Origin: Eledone cirrhosa
Taxonomy: Eukaryota
Length of the DNA: 64,000 nt
Direction of reading: 5' to 3'
Assembly (NCBI GenBank): GCA_964016885.1
Contig: OZ024741.1
Span: 204,042,001 to 204,106,000, forward strand
In this document: positions 63,870 to 64,000 of the stretch, in pieces
Position numbering within the stretch: position 1 is the stretch's first letter
How the letters are laid out: every line of letters begins with the position of its first letter
Translations under genes and position numbers: made by a program
Notes under the pieces: model-generated
What the model saw: the letters and a program-made list of their open reading frames with translations, nothing else
Told to the model about the DNA's origin: nothing
Databases searched by the model: none

Positions 63870-63900
<31 letters not shown>
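63560..63900 (+). mobile_element. Probable old RTE/RTEX-like 3' end with (TAA)n tail
   Basis: ETVASDRTRWK resembles the RTE terminal A.DR..W motif; (TAA)n at 63844-63900. Confidence 0.45.
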
Positions 63901-64000
63901 GGGAAGAAGACGCACGAGGTGACGGAGGTCATGAAATCGCTCCCGTAAGTTTTGAATTTTTAACATATTTAAATCATTTGTGAAATAACAACTCTTAGTA

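Overview
AT-rich, repeat-dense eukaryotic DNA, probably intronic or intergenic. The SINE/RTE/microsatellite mix suggests an octopus-like cephalopod (inference only). No intact host gene is visible, only a few candidate exons. Main contents: (1) two decayed copies of a CRE-clade RT+RLE retrotransposon with an N-terminal PHD finger (~11.3-14.5 kb and ~30.4-33.7 kb), both preceded by the same ~550 bp unassigned AT-rich segment; (2) a Naiad-type Penelope-like RT remnant split by a very young, apparently non-coding LTR element (near-identical 585/584-bp LTRs, tRNA-Trp PBS, GATC TSD, TG...AA ends); (3) R4/Dong and RTE LINE remnants, one RTE also with a PHD finger; (4) three clear and one possible non-autonomous Helitrons, two with their empty sites present in the window; (5) TTAA piggyBac-type and TA Tc2/pogo-type MITEs and many tRNA-SINEs; (6) at least eight hammerhead-ribozyme motifs, several at the inner edges of long inverted repeats anchored on (TA)n tracts; (7) several minisatellites with higher-order structure. 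All alignments, folds and family assignments were made by eye.
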